Sequence record: PZ386962.1 | Reading direction: 5' to 3' (one strand) | Length of the DNA: 42,716 nucleotides | DNA from: a phage | In this document: positions 15,223-23,155 of the stretch, piece after piece | Numbering within the stretch: position 1 is the first letter of the stretch | Layout: every line of letters begins with the position of its first letter | Program-made: the position numbers and the translations under genes | Notes under the pieces: model-generated | Database searches by the model: none | Seen by the model: the letters and a program-made list of their open reading frames with translations, nothing else | Told to the model about the DNA's origin: nothing

Positions 15223-17688
15223 ATGGCAATTAGAGCACAGGTAATCGACGTTGAGACTGAGAACCATGAGTGGTACGGGGAGCTGGCATCGCCGCGCTGC
15301 CCGGATAACTATGTGGTTATGCAGGGCCAGCGTGACTGTGTGCTGACCAAGGATGGCTGGGTATTCTACGAGCGCGAGGAGTATCGGTACAGTTCTCGTG
15401 AGGACTGGTTGCAGAACAAGAGTCTGCACCTGCATCCTGACACGAACATTCTGGTAGCTCACAACGCGCCGTATGAATTGAGCTGGTGGTTCGAGCATTA
15501 CGGTGACGAGTTCATTGCCTTCCTCAAACGAGGTGGCCGTGTATTCTGTACCGCGTATGCTGAGTACCTGCTGACGCATCAGCAATCCCAGTACCCATCC
15601 TTGAACGAGACAGCACCGAAGTATGGTGGTACTCACAAGGTGGATGCAGTCAAGGCAATGTGGGAGTCAGGCTATCTGACCAGCCAGATTGACCCTGAGC
15701 TGTTGAGCGAGTATCTGTCCGGGCCGTCCGGGGATATTGAGAACACGACCAAGCTGTTCGTTGGTCAGTGGGCTGAACTGACAAAGCAGGGCATGTTGCC
15801 GATGGCACTGACCCGCTTCGAAGGTATGCTCATGTGGGCGTACATGATGCACGCTGGTCTGCATGTTGACCGTGAGGTAGCCGAGCGCAACCGTCGCGAG
15901 TTACAGGATGCAATCAGTGGACTGACTGATACCCTACTGAGTTACCTGCCAGCCGACATGCCGAAGGAAGCGCGTGAGCAATTCAAGTTCACGTCAGCTT
16001 ATCACATGAGCGCCTTCGTGTTCGGTGGTGTGATGAAGTACAAGGCGCGAGTCGAGCGCCGGGATGCCGAGGGCAATCTCATTTACGTGAAGGTGGATGC
16101 ACCACTGTTCAAGCGAGGCAAGGACAAGTGGCTCAAGCATACCAGCGAGTGTGAGTGGGATGACGAGACTGGGTTGTGGTATGACCCGGTTGAGAAGGTA
16201 CACCAGACTATCTACACCAGCGGCAAGCACAAGGGCGAGCCGAAGTTTGAGAAGCTGGCTACCGACGAGGTGGATACCAAGTGGGGTGAGGTGCTGTTCC
16301 GTATGCCGGGGCTTCTGCGTGTGCAGGACAAACGAGCGAAGGAGATTGCAGACAACCTCGAATGGGAAGACCCGAAGAAGCCGGGCGAGTATCTCCGGCG
16401 CACAGGTGATTGGGTAGGTAAGCGTAGGCTGGCCGATGGTTCCCCGGTATTCAGTACGGCGGGTGAGGTGCTGGACATTCTGGCAGCTCGTAAGATTCCC
16501 GGCGTGGTGGAGATTGCTGACCGGGCCAAGGCACAGAAAGACCTCGGCACCTACTACCTCAGCGAGACGTTCGATGAAGAAGGTAACGTGACTGGCCAGT
16601 CGGGGATGATGCAGTTCATCCAGCCGGACAGTATCGTACACCACACCATCAACATGACCGCGACCGAGACGACGCGCTTATCTTCGGCGCGACCGAACAG
16701 CCAGAACTTGCCACGTAAAGGTACGAGTAAGGTTAAGCAGATGTTCACCTCCCGCTTTGGTGAAGGTGGCCGCATCGTTGAAGCTGACTACTCGGCACTG
16801 GAAGTGGTGGGGCTGGCCGGGTTCAGTAAGGATAAGAACCTGATTCGTGCATTGCTCGACGGTATCGACATGCACTGTATGCGTCTGTCAGCTCAGCTCA
16901 ACGAGCCATACGAGGACGTGCTTAAGAAGTGCAAGGATGAATCCCATCCCGACCATGCACGATACAGTCAGATGCGTACTGACATTAAGCCGAAGGCGTT
17001 CTCATATCAGTATGGTGCAACAGCGCGAGGTATTGCGTACTCGACTGGTTGCTCTGAGGAAGAAGCTCAAGCGTTCATCGACAACGAGAAGGGTCTGTTC
17101 CCGGAAGTTGAAGAATGGTTCGACTCGGTTATCTTCCCAGCCGTAGAGAAAAGTGGACAGAGCAATGTGTTCAAGGAGCAGGACGAGAACGGAAGATGGC
17201 AGGTGTATCGCCGTGGTCACTTCCGGTCGCCGGGTGGAACTTGTTATTCATTCCGTCAGTACGAGAAATGGAACAAGGCGGCGCGTGCTCACCTGATGGA
17301 ATACAAACCAACTCAGATGCGTAACTATCCCATTCAGGGTGAGACAGCATTTTGGGTACAGGGAATCGGTGGCTTGCTGTTCCGCTGGCTGCTATCGAAT
17401 GACTTCTTTGGTGGGCGTGTGGTTCCCATCAACCAAGTGCATGACGCATTCTATTTCGACATTGCACCTGACTGCCCTCACGAGTTCTTCGTTGGACTCA
17501 AGGCAATCATGGAGAGCATCCCGGAATACTATAACCACGTATGGCCAGAGTATAACCTGACAGTGCCGTTCCCGGCAGAGGTGGAAGCAGGGCCAAGCAT
17601 GTACGAGAAGCACCACGTAGAGACGACAGCCGATGAAGTGCTGGAGTTTAAGAGACAATTCCTGTTGAGTAAGGGTATCGCATTATGA
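15223..17688 (+). CDS. DNA polymerase, family A (T7 gp5-like) with 3'-5' exonuclease domain
   Basis: Exo I DxE (VIDVETE), motif A (EADYSALEV), motif B R-x3-K-x3-F-x2-YG (RTDIKPKAFSYQYG), motif C region (VHDAFYFD); 821 aa. Confidence 0.85.
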   Translation: MAIRAQVIDVETENHEWYGELASPRCPDNYVVMQGQRDCVLTKDGWVFYEREEYRYSSREDWLQNKSLHLHPDTNILVAHNAPYELSWWFEHYGDEFIAFLKRGGRVFCTAYAEYLLTHQQSQYPSLNETAPKYGGTHKVDAVKAMWESGYLTSQIDPELLSEYLSGPSGDIENTTKLFVGQWAELTKQGMLPMALTRFEGMLMWAYMMHAGLHVDREVAERNRRELQDAISGLTDTLLSYLPADMPKEAREQFKFTSAYHMSAFVFGGVMKYKARVERRDAEGNLIYVKVDAPLFKRGKDKWLKHTSECEWDDETGLWYDPVEKVHQTIYTSGKHKGEPKFEKLATDEVDTKWGEVLFRMPGLLRVQDKRAKEIADNLEWEDPKKPGEYLRRTGDWVGKRRLADGSPVFSTAGEVLDILAARKIPGVVEIADRAKAQKDLGTYYLSETFDEEGNVTGQSGMMQFIQPDSIVHHTINMTATETTRLSSARPNSQNLPRKGTSKVKQMFTSRFGEGGRIVEADYSALEVVGLAGFSKDKNLIRALLDGIDMHCMRLSAQLNEPYEDVLKKCKDESHPDHARYSQMRTDIKPKAFSYQYGATARGIAYSTGCSEEEAQAFIDNEKGLFPEVEEWFDSVIFPAVEKSGQSNVFKEQDENGRWQVYRRGHFRSPGGTCYSFRQYEKWNKAARAHLMEYKPTQMRNYPIQGETAFWVQGIGGLLFRWLLSNDFFGGRVVPINQVHDAFYFDIAPDCPHEFFVGLKAIMESIPEYYNHVWPEYNLTVPFPAEVEAGPSMYEKHHVETTADEVLEFKRQFLLSKGIAL

Positions 17689-18584
17689 CCGCATCTGTAT
17701 TGAACCGCATGAACTCCATCGTCGAACAGTATGTTGACGAGGAAGAACTTGACTTTAACGAAGCCACGTCTGGTGGTGGTAAGCTGCTGCCGGAAGGTAA
17801 GGCACTGGCACGTCTGGTTGGCTACATTGAAGTGGGGCCGAGCGTAACCAAGCAGGCACCGGACAAGCCGCCTGTCAATAAGTTCTTCCTCCAGTTCGCG
17901 CTGTGGGGCAAGGCCAAGAACGGCGAGACTTACCACGAAGTTGTCAATGGTAAGATGGTGCCGGGCAAGGTGCGCACGCAGTTCATCGCTGTGAAGAAAG
18001 ACCTCAACAGCAAGTCCGGCGCATACAAACTGTTTAAGCGTATGAACCCGGACAAGACTGCGAAGCACTTCGCGCAGCTTCTGAACCACACCTTCATCGT
18101 TCCGATTATCCACAACGAATCGGGCGAGGGCGAGAACAAGAAGGTGTACGCCAACATCGACCTTGAGAACATCATGCTCGCGGTTGACCCGGTGACTGAC
18201 CAGCCGTACCCGGTGCCGGAGGTTGAGGACGAGACGCTGTTCAAGCTGTTCCTGTGGAACCGTCCGACCAAGGAAGACTGGGAATCCCTGTACATCGAAG
18301 GTAAGAACGACGATGGCAAATCCAAGAACTGGATTCAGGATAAGCTGCTGGAATCTCCAGAGTTCCCCGGCTCTCCGCTTGACCTGCTGCTGAATGGTGC
18401 AGGTGCTGGCTCGGCAATCGCTGAGCTGCCGGAGCTGGGCGACGTAAGCCAGCCGGAGGAAGTGGCTGAGGTTAAGCAGGAAGTGCAGGAGCTGGCGACG
18501 GCTGGTGCGGCTGACAAGTCGGCAGCGTCTAAGCCTGAGCCGGACGTAACTGGTGACGCTGACTTCGGGCTGCCGAGTCTGTAA
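17685..18584 (+). CDS. hypothetical DNA-metabolism-associated protein with acidic C-terminus
   Basis: 299-aa ORF overlapping DNA polymerase stop; acidic C-terminal tail; function not assignable. Confidence 0.5.
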   Translation: MTASVLNRMNSIVEQYVDEEELDFNEATSGGGKLLPEGKALARLVGYIEVGPSVTKQAPDKPPVNKFFLQFALWGKAKNGETYHEVVNGKMVPGKVRTQFIAVKKDLNSKSGAYKLFKRMNPDKTAKHFAQLLNHTFIVPIIHNESGEGENKKVYANIDLENIMLAVDPVTDQPYPVPEVEDETLFKLFLWNRPTKEDWESLYIEGKNDDGKSKNWIQDKLLESPEFPGSPLDLLLNGAGAGSAIAELPELGDVSQPEEVAEVKQEVQELATAGAADKSAASKPEPDVTGDADFGLPSL

Positions 18585-19009
18585 TGGATTGCATAGACCA
18601 CGGTAAACGCGGCAACCACTTTGGCTACGCCACCACCACGAGGACGGTAGGTGGCAAGCGCCGGGCTGGTATCAAGCTGCATCGTCTGGTCTACTGTGAA
18701 GCGCATGGCCTGTCTCTCCTTGACATTGAGGGGCAGGTCGTGCGCCATACCTGCGACAACCCGCGCTGCATTAACCCCGACCACATGGTACTCGGTACTC
18801 ACCAAGACAATGTGGCCGACCGGGTAGCGCGTGGCCGTGGGGCAGTAGGCGTGAGGAATGGCAGAGCCGTACTGTGTCCCGCCGTAGTGGACGCAATCCG
18901 TAGCCGCTATGCGAATGGCGGCATCAAGCAATCTGAGCTGGCTGAGATTTATGGCGTGAGTCAAACGCAGGTCAGCCGCATAGTGAGGGGAGAGTCATGG
19001 GAAAGTTAG
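18584..19009 (+). CDS. HNH homing endonuclease (paralog of 12182-12610)
   Basis: HTCDNPRCINPDHMVLGT core; clearly co-linear with the other HNH protein over its full length. Confidence 0.75.
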   Translation: MDCIDHGKRGNHFGYATTTRTVGGKRRAGIKLHRLVYCEAHGLSLLDIEGQVVRHTCDNPRCINPDHMVLGTHQDNVADRVARGRGAVGVRNGRAVLCPAVVDAIRSRYANGGIKQSELAEIYGVSQTQVSRIVRGESWES

Positions 19010-19971
19010 ACAGGCTACTCGCCAGAGCGGAGGTGGAACCTGACCAGTTTGATGGTTACGTGTCTGGTCGTATTCTGCTGTGTGATGCTGACTCGACAGT
19101 CTACGTTGCGGCAGCAACCACGAAGAACATCGAGACAGCGAAGACGCGGTTCTGTTCCGGGGTGCTGACTGCTAAGTTCCTCGCCAATGCTCAGTCAGTC
19201 CGTATCGAGTTGACCGCTGCGGAGTGTACGAAAGCTGGACGGTACAAGCTGCGTGGGGCCAAGCTGTATCAGGGCAACCGAGACAAAGACCGCAAGCCCG
19301 GTCTGGTCGAGCCGTTGCGTAAGGCGATTGGCCGGAATATGTTCAACGTTCCTGATGGCGAGGATTGGTACGTCCACCTGAACTTCGAGTTCGAGGCAGA
19401 CGACACCTTAATCATGGATGCGTGGACGATTGGCATTAACGATGCAGTAATCTACAGCGCGGATAAAGACCTGCGCTGCTGGCCGGGCAGGTTCCTTGAC
19501 CCGTACGACAACAAGGTACTGGAGCCATGCAAAGGTGTGGGCCGTCTGTGGTGGCATGAGACCAAGAGTGACAAGTCACTGATTGGTCATGGGCCTATCT
19601 TCTTTTGGGCACAGATGCTGATGGGCGACAGCGCCGACAACATCGCAGGTGTCAAGAAGATTGGTAAACAGACAGCTTACGATATGCTGGTCGATTATCA
19701 GGAGACTGATGACGAGTCGGCTGTGGCTGAGTTCGTGCTCCGTGAGTACATGGTGCGCGACCAGAACCCATGGCCAGAAGCAGTGGCGTTGTGGCTGTAC
19801 CGCACGCCGACCTACTCATTCGCAGCCCACCTCAATACGCTGACCTTGAGCAAGGAGCTGCGTGTCTGGCTGCATAAGAAACTGAATGAGGAATGGTATG
19901 CGGAAAGTGACTGGCGCGACCTTGTTGCAGATGCGGAAGAATGCGATGGGCTGTCCTTGCCCACTCTGTAA
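18997..19971 (+). CDS. 5'-3' exonuclease (T7 gp6-like, FEN-type)
   Basis: Acidic motifs in the order expected for T7 gp6-like exonucleases (LLCDADSTVYVAA, ADDTLIMDAW, YSADKDLRCWPG); GAGGGGAGAG RBS. Confidence 0.65.
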   Translation: MGKLDRLLARAEVEPDQFDGYVSGRILLCDADSTVYVAAATTKNIETAKTRFCSGVLTAKFLANAQSVRIELTAAECTKAGRYKLRGAKLYQGNRDKDRKPGLVEPLRKAIGRNMFNVPDGEDWYVHLNFEFEADDTLIMDAWTIGINDAVIYSADKDLRCWPGRFLDPYDNKVLEPCKGVGRLWWHETKSDKSLIGHGPIFFWAQMLMGDSADNIAGVKKIGKQTAYDMLVDYQETDDESAVAEFVLREYMVRDQNPWPEAVALWLYRTPTYSFAAHLNTLTLSKELRVWLHKKLNEEWYAESDWRDLVADAEECDGLSLPTL

Positions 19972-20278
19972 CGAGCCGATGGTAGACCTCAAGCTCATGG
20001 TGGTTGACCATGACCATGTGAGCGGGGAGATTCGCGGTGTCATCTGTCGCTGGTGTAATGCTCAGCTCGGTAAGGTAGAGAACTCTGCGAACCGGGCGAA
20101 GCGCCAGCGTACAGTTGACGACTGGTTGGACAGTGCCATTGAGTGGCGACGTAAGCAACACACTGGTCTGATGTACCCAACGCACAAGACCGAGGCAGAG
20201 AAGAAAGCGGCGATGGCCGACAGACGTAAGAAGGCGGCAGCCGCGAAAGCGCGAGCCTTAATCACTAAGGGGAAATGA
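19946..20278 (+). CDS. endonuclease VII-like Holliday junction resolvase
   Basis: Zinc-binding HNH-like core CPCPLCNEPMVDLKLMVVDHDHVSGEIRGVICRWCN typical of endonuclease VII family; start uncertain (19886, 19931 or 19946). Confidence 0.6.
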   Translation: MGCPCPLCNEPMVDLKLMVVDHDHVSGEIRGVICRWCNAQLGKVENSANRAKRQRTVDDWLDSAIEWRRKQHTGLMYPTHKTEAEKKAAMADRRKKAAAAKARALITKGK

Positions 20279-21402
20279 TGACCAAGTTAACTAATCACCA
20301 ACTCAAAGAAGACATTGCCGAAGGGCTTGGCACCAAGGCCATTGCTGAAAAGCACGACATGACCGAGAGCGCCATTCGATACCGGAAGCGCCAGCTTGCC
20401 AAGAGCGGCTGGAGTCCTGAGCACGACATGACGAAGGAGGTGCCGGAGCCGTACGCGGTGAAGGGTACGTCCACGCTGTACGATAAGGACGGCAACGTTG
20501 TCATGCAGTGGGTGAAGACAGCACTCGACCGTGAGCAGGAGCTGGCGCTGCTGCAAGAAGCTGTCGATGCGATTAGCGAGAGCATCACCCCGGAAGCTGC
20601 CCGACCGTACGCCGGGGGCGCGGCACCTGCCGAGCTGCTGAACCTGTTCGTGCTGACTGACTACCACCTCGGTATGCTGGCATGGGCAGAGGAAACTGGT
20701 GACGACTGGGATATGAAGATTGCGGAAGACCTGCTGGTCAAGTGGTTCTCGGCAGCGATTGCCAGTGCGCCGCCAGCACAGGTTGCCATCTTCGGCCAGC
20801 TCGGTGACTTCCTACACTGGGATGGGCTGGATGCAGTGACACCTTCGAGTGGGCATGTGCTGGATGCAGACACGCGATTCCAGAAGCTGGTGCGTGTGGC
20901 TATCCGGGCGCAGCGCCGCATCATTGGTATGCTGCTGGAGAAGTTCCCGCAGGTTCACGTAGTGTGTGCCGAGGGCAACCACGACATGGCCAGCTCCATC
21001 TGGATGCGTGAGCTGCTGCATGTCCTGTACGCTGACGAGCCGCGTGTCACCGTTGACCGCAGCCCCGACCCGTACTACTGCTATGAGCATGGCGAGACGG
21101 CACTGTTCTTCCACCATGGTCACAAGCGTAAGGCAGAACAACTGGAGACTATACTGGTCGCCAAGTTCCGCGAAGTGTATGGCCGAACCAAACATGCGTA
21201 TGCGCACGTTGGCCACCTGCATCACAAGAAGGTACTGGAGTCTGGTGTCATGGTCGTTGAGCAGCACCGTACGCTGGCAGCGAAGGATGCCTATGCCTCT
21301 CGTGGTGGTTGGCTGAGTGAGCGCAGCGCGAGCGTGATTACTTATCATGCCCGGTACGGTGAGGTCGCACGATTCACGATTAGCCCGGAGATGTTAGAGT
21401 GA
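20275..21402 (+). CDS. calcineurin-like metallophosphoesterase with N-terminal HTH
   Basis: Phosphoesterase motifs GDFLHWDG, EGNHDM, HHGH, GHLHH; N-terminal helix-turn-helix-like segment; AAGGGGA RBS. Confidence 0.6.
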   Translation: MMTKLTNHQLKEDIAEGLGTKAIAEKHDMTESAIRYRKRQLAKSGWSPEHDMTKEVPEPYAVKGTSTLYDKDGNVVMQWVKTALDREQELALLQEAVDAISESITPEAARPYAGGAAPAELLNLFVLTDYHLGMLAWAEETGDDWDMKIAEDLLVKWFSAAIASAPPAQVAIFGQLGDFLHWDGLDAVTPSSGHVLDADTRFQKLVRVAIRAQRRIIGMLLEKFPQVHVVCAEGNHDMASSIWMRELLHVLYADEPRVTVDRSPDPYYCYEHGETALFFHHGHKRKAEQLETILVAKFREVYGRTKHAYAHVGHLHHKKVLESGVMVVEQHRTLAAKDAYASRGGWLSERSASVITYHARYGEVARFTISPEMLE

Positions 21403-21617
21403 CGAGAACACTGTACCAAGAAGATGTGGTGCAGCTCAAAGAGGATGGCCTTTCCATTGAGTGGGAGGCCAACACTCAGGTCGAGCTGTATAAGGATGGC
21501 ACCGTCTGCATATCGCAGGATGGTGAGGAAGTCTGGTTGCCTTGGGCATATGTCCGGGATATTATTTTCGCTCTTGAGGAAGCACACGATGCACATGAAA
21601 GATACCGTAGTCGTTGA
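21399..21617 (+). CDS. hypothetical small acidic protein
   Basis: 72 aa, GTG start with GGAGA RBS. Confidence 0.45.
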   Translation: MTRTLYQEDVVQLKEDGLSIEWEANTQVELYKDGTVCISQDGEEVWLPWAYVRDIIFALEEAHDAHERYRSR

Positions 21618-22092
21618 TTTGGACGGCACGCTGGCTGATGGCCGCTGGCGTTTGCACCTGCTGCCTCCACCGGAGCGTCGGCACCTTGACGAAGCGTGGG
21701 CCGAGTTCAACTTGGCTGGCGCTGACGACCCTGCGTTTCAGGATACGATTGACATTGTGAACGCTCTGGCCCTCACGTATCGCATTGTCATCCTGACTGG
21801 ACGCGGGGCCGTGGCCCGTGAAGTAACAGAGCAGTGGCTCGACGAAGCTGGCGTTGTTTACGACAAGCTAATCATGAGAGAGATTGGTGACTGCCGTAAG
21901 GACACAGAGATGAAGCTATCCGCTCTGGAGGATATTGGTATCGAGAACATCGTGTGTGCTTTCGATGACCTGCCGCACATCGTGGACTTCATGCGAAGCC
22001 TCGGCATCACAGTGTATGAAGTGACCCGGTACGAGGACAACCATGAATACGTCCACGCCAATGCCAAATATGATGGAGACAAAGATGAGTAA
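21589..22092 (+). CDS. HAD-superfamily phosphatase (polynucleotide 3'-phosphatase-like)
   Basis: DxDGT motif right after start (MHMKDTVVVDLDGTLADGRW), later ILTGR and CAFDD motifs; GAGGA RBS 8 nt upstream of ATG at 21589. Confidence 0.6.
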   Translation: MHMKDTVVVDLDGTLADGRWRLHLLPPPERRHLDEAWAEFNLAGADDPAFQDTIDIVNALALTYRIVILTGRGAVAREVTEQWLDEAGVVYDKLIMREIGDCRKDTEMKLSALEDIGIENIVCAFDDLPHIVDFMRSLGITVYEVTRYEDNHEYVHANAKYDGDKDE

Positions 22093-22663
22093 GAAGGGTA
22101 AGCAGTTTATCTTAGACCCGTCCCGTAACTGGGGTACTGGTACGCTACTGAGTGACATCGCAGAGCAGGGTATCATCCTGACGTACGACGAGCCGTACGA
22201 TGTACCGAACGACAGCCGTGACTACTACTCCTGCGTAAAGGACGGCAAGACTCACCTGCTTGTGCTGGAGCCGTACGAGGTGCTGGAGGTGGAGAAGTCG
22301 TTCATCCCGATTGACCCGTATGACCCGGCCAGTGATGTTGAGGTCGCAGTGGTTAAGGCTGCTGGGCCGGGCGGTATGAAGTTCGACGGTGACAAGCCTC
22401 GCATGGCTCTGCTGTTTGACGGCTGCCCGAATGCGCTGGAGGCTGTGGCCAGTGTGCTAACCTTCGGTGCTCAGAAGTACGCAGCTCACTCGTGGCAGAC
22501 TGTGCCGGAAGGTGAGGAACGTTACAAGTCAGCACTGCTTCGGCACCTGACCGCAGTGGGTAAGGGTGAGGAGACTGACCCGGAATCCAATCTGCACCAT
22601 CTGGCGCACGCTGCTTGCAATGCGCTGTTCATTCTGGAACTTGCTTTAAGGAAAACGAAATGA
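22085..22663 (+). CDS. conserved hypothetical protein (KFDGDKPR motif)
   Basis: 193 aa from ATG with GGAGA RBS; function not assignable from sequence. Confidence 0.5.
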   Translation: MSKKGKQFILDPSRNWGTGTLLSDIAEQGIILTYDEPYDVPNDSRDYYSCVKDGKTHLLVLEPYEVLEVEKSFIPIDPYDPASDVEVAVVKAAGPGGMKFDGDKPRMALLFDGCPNALEAVASVLTFGAQKYAAHSWQTVPEGEERYKSALLRHLTAVGKGEETDPESNLHHLAHAACNALFILELALRKTK

Positions 22664-22839
22664 GTGCTTTACTTTATGTGATTGCTTTGTTCTGGTTCGT
22701 GTACTTTACACTGGCCACCCTCAGCGCGTGCAAGTCTTATAACTTGACGCACTACCCGACACGGGCTGGCTCTGCTGGTTTCGTTGTGTGGGTACTGTTG
22801 GCTGTACTGCCAACTTGGTTCATCTGCTATCTGGCGTAG
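22660..22839 (+). CDS. small membrane protein (2 predicted TMDs)
   Basis: 59 aa, hydrophobic segments LLYVIALFWFVYFTLATL and FVVWVLLAVLPTWFICYLA; AAGGA RBS. Confidence 0.5.
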   Translation: MSALLYVIALFWFVYFTLATLSACKSYNLTHYPTRAGSAGFVVWVLLAVLPTWFICYLA

Positions 22840-22847
22840 GGGATTGT

Positions 22848-23153
22848 ATGAGTCGTTATCAGAGAGCTGTCGATGACACAGCGGTAGACAAGAATGTGTG
22901 CGGTGCGTGCCATGGGAGTGGCACCTACCGGGGCATGTTGATTGGTGGGCAGGTAGTCCTGATGGATTGCGAAGCCTGCGGCGGTACGGGTACGAATAAC
23001 AGCACGCTTCAACACGAGGTGCTGGCAGACTTAGGGCAGCGCAACCAAGCGCAGCCCGGTTATGATAAGCCTACCTATGGCGTTGGTATTGTCGAAGAAT
23101 TTCAAGACGATGCGGCTGAGGTTGAGCGGTTAGCTGGACAAATTAAGGAGTAG
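22848..23153 (+). CDS. small zinc-finger protein (CxxCxGxG x2, DnaJ-type-like)
   Basis: CGACHGSGT and CEACGGTGT motifs; GGGG RBS. Confidence 0.5.
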   Translation: MSRYQRAVDDTAVDKNVCGACHGSGTYRGMLIGGQVVLMDCEACGGTGTNNSTLQHEVLADLGQRNQAQPGYDKPTYGVGIVEEFQDDAAEVERLAGQIKE

Positions 23154-23155
23154 TT

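Noticed and set aside
15482-15489. Chi-like octamers GCTGGTGG on the + strand (15482, 29040, 30980)
   Set aside because: Three occurrences in 42.7 kb of GC-rich DNA is not clearly above chance, and there is no positional pattern; not reported as a feature.
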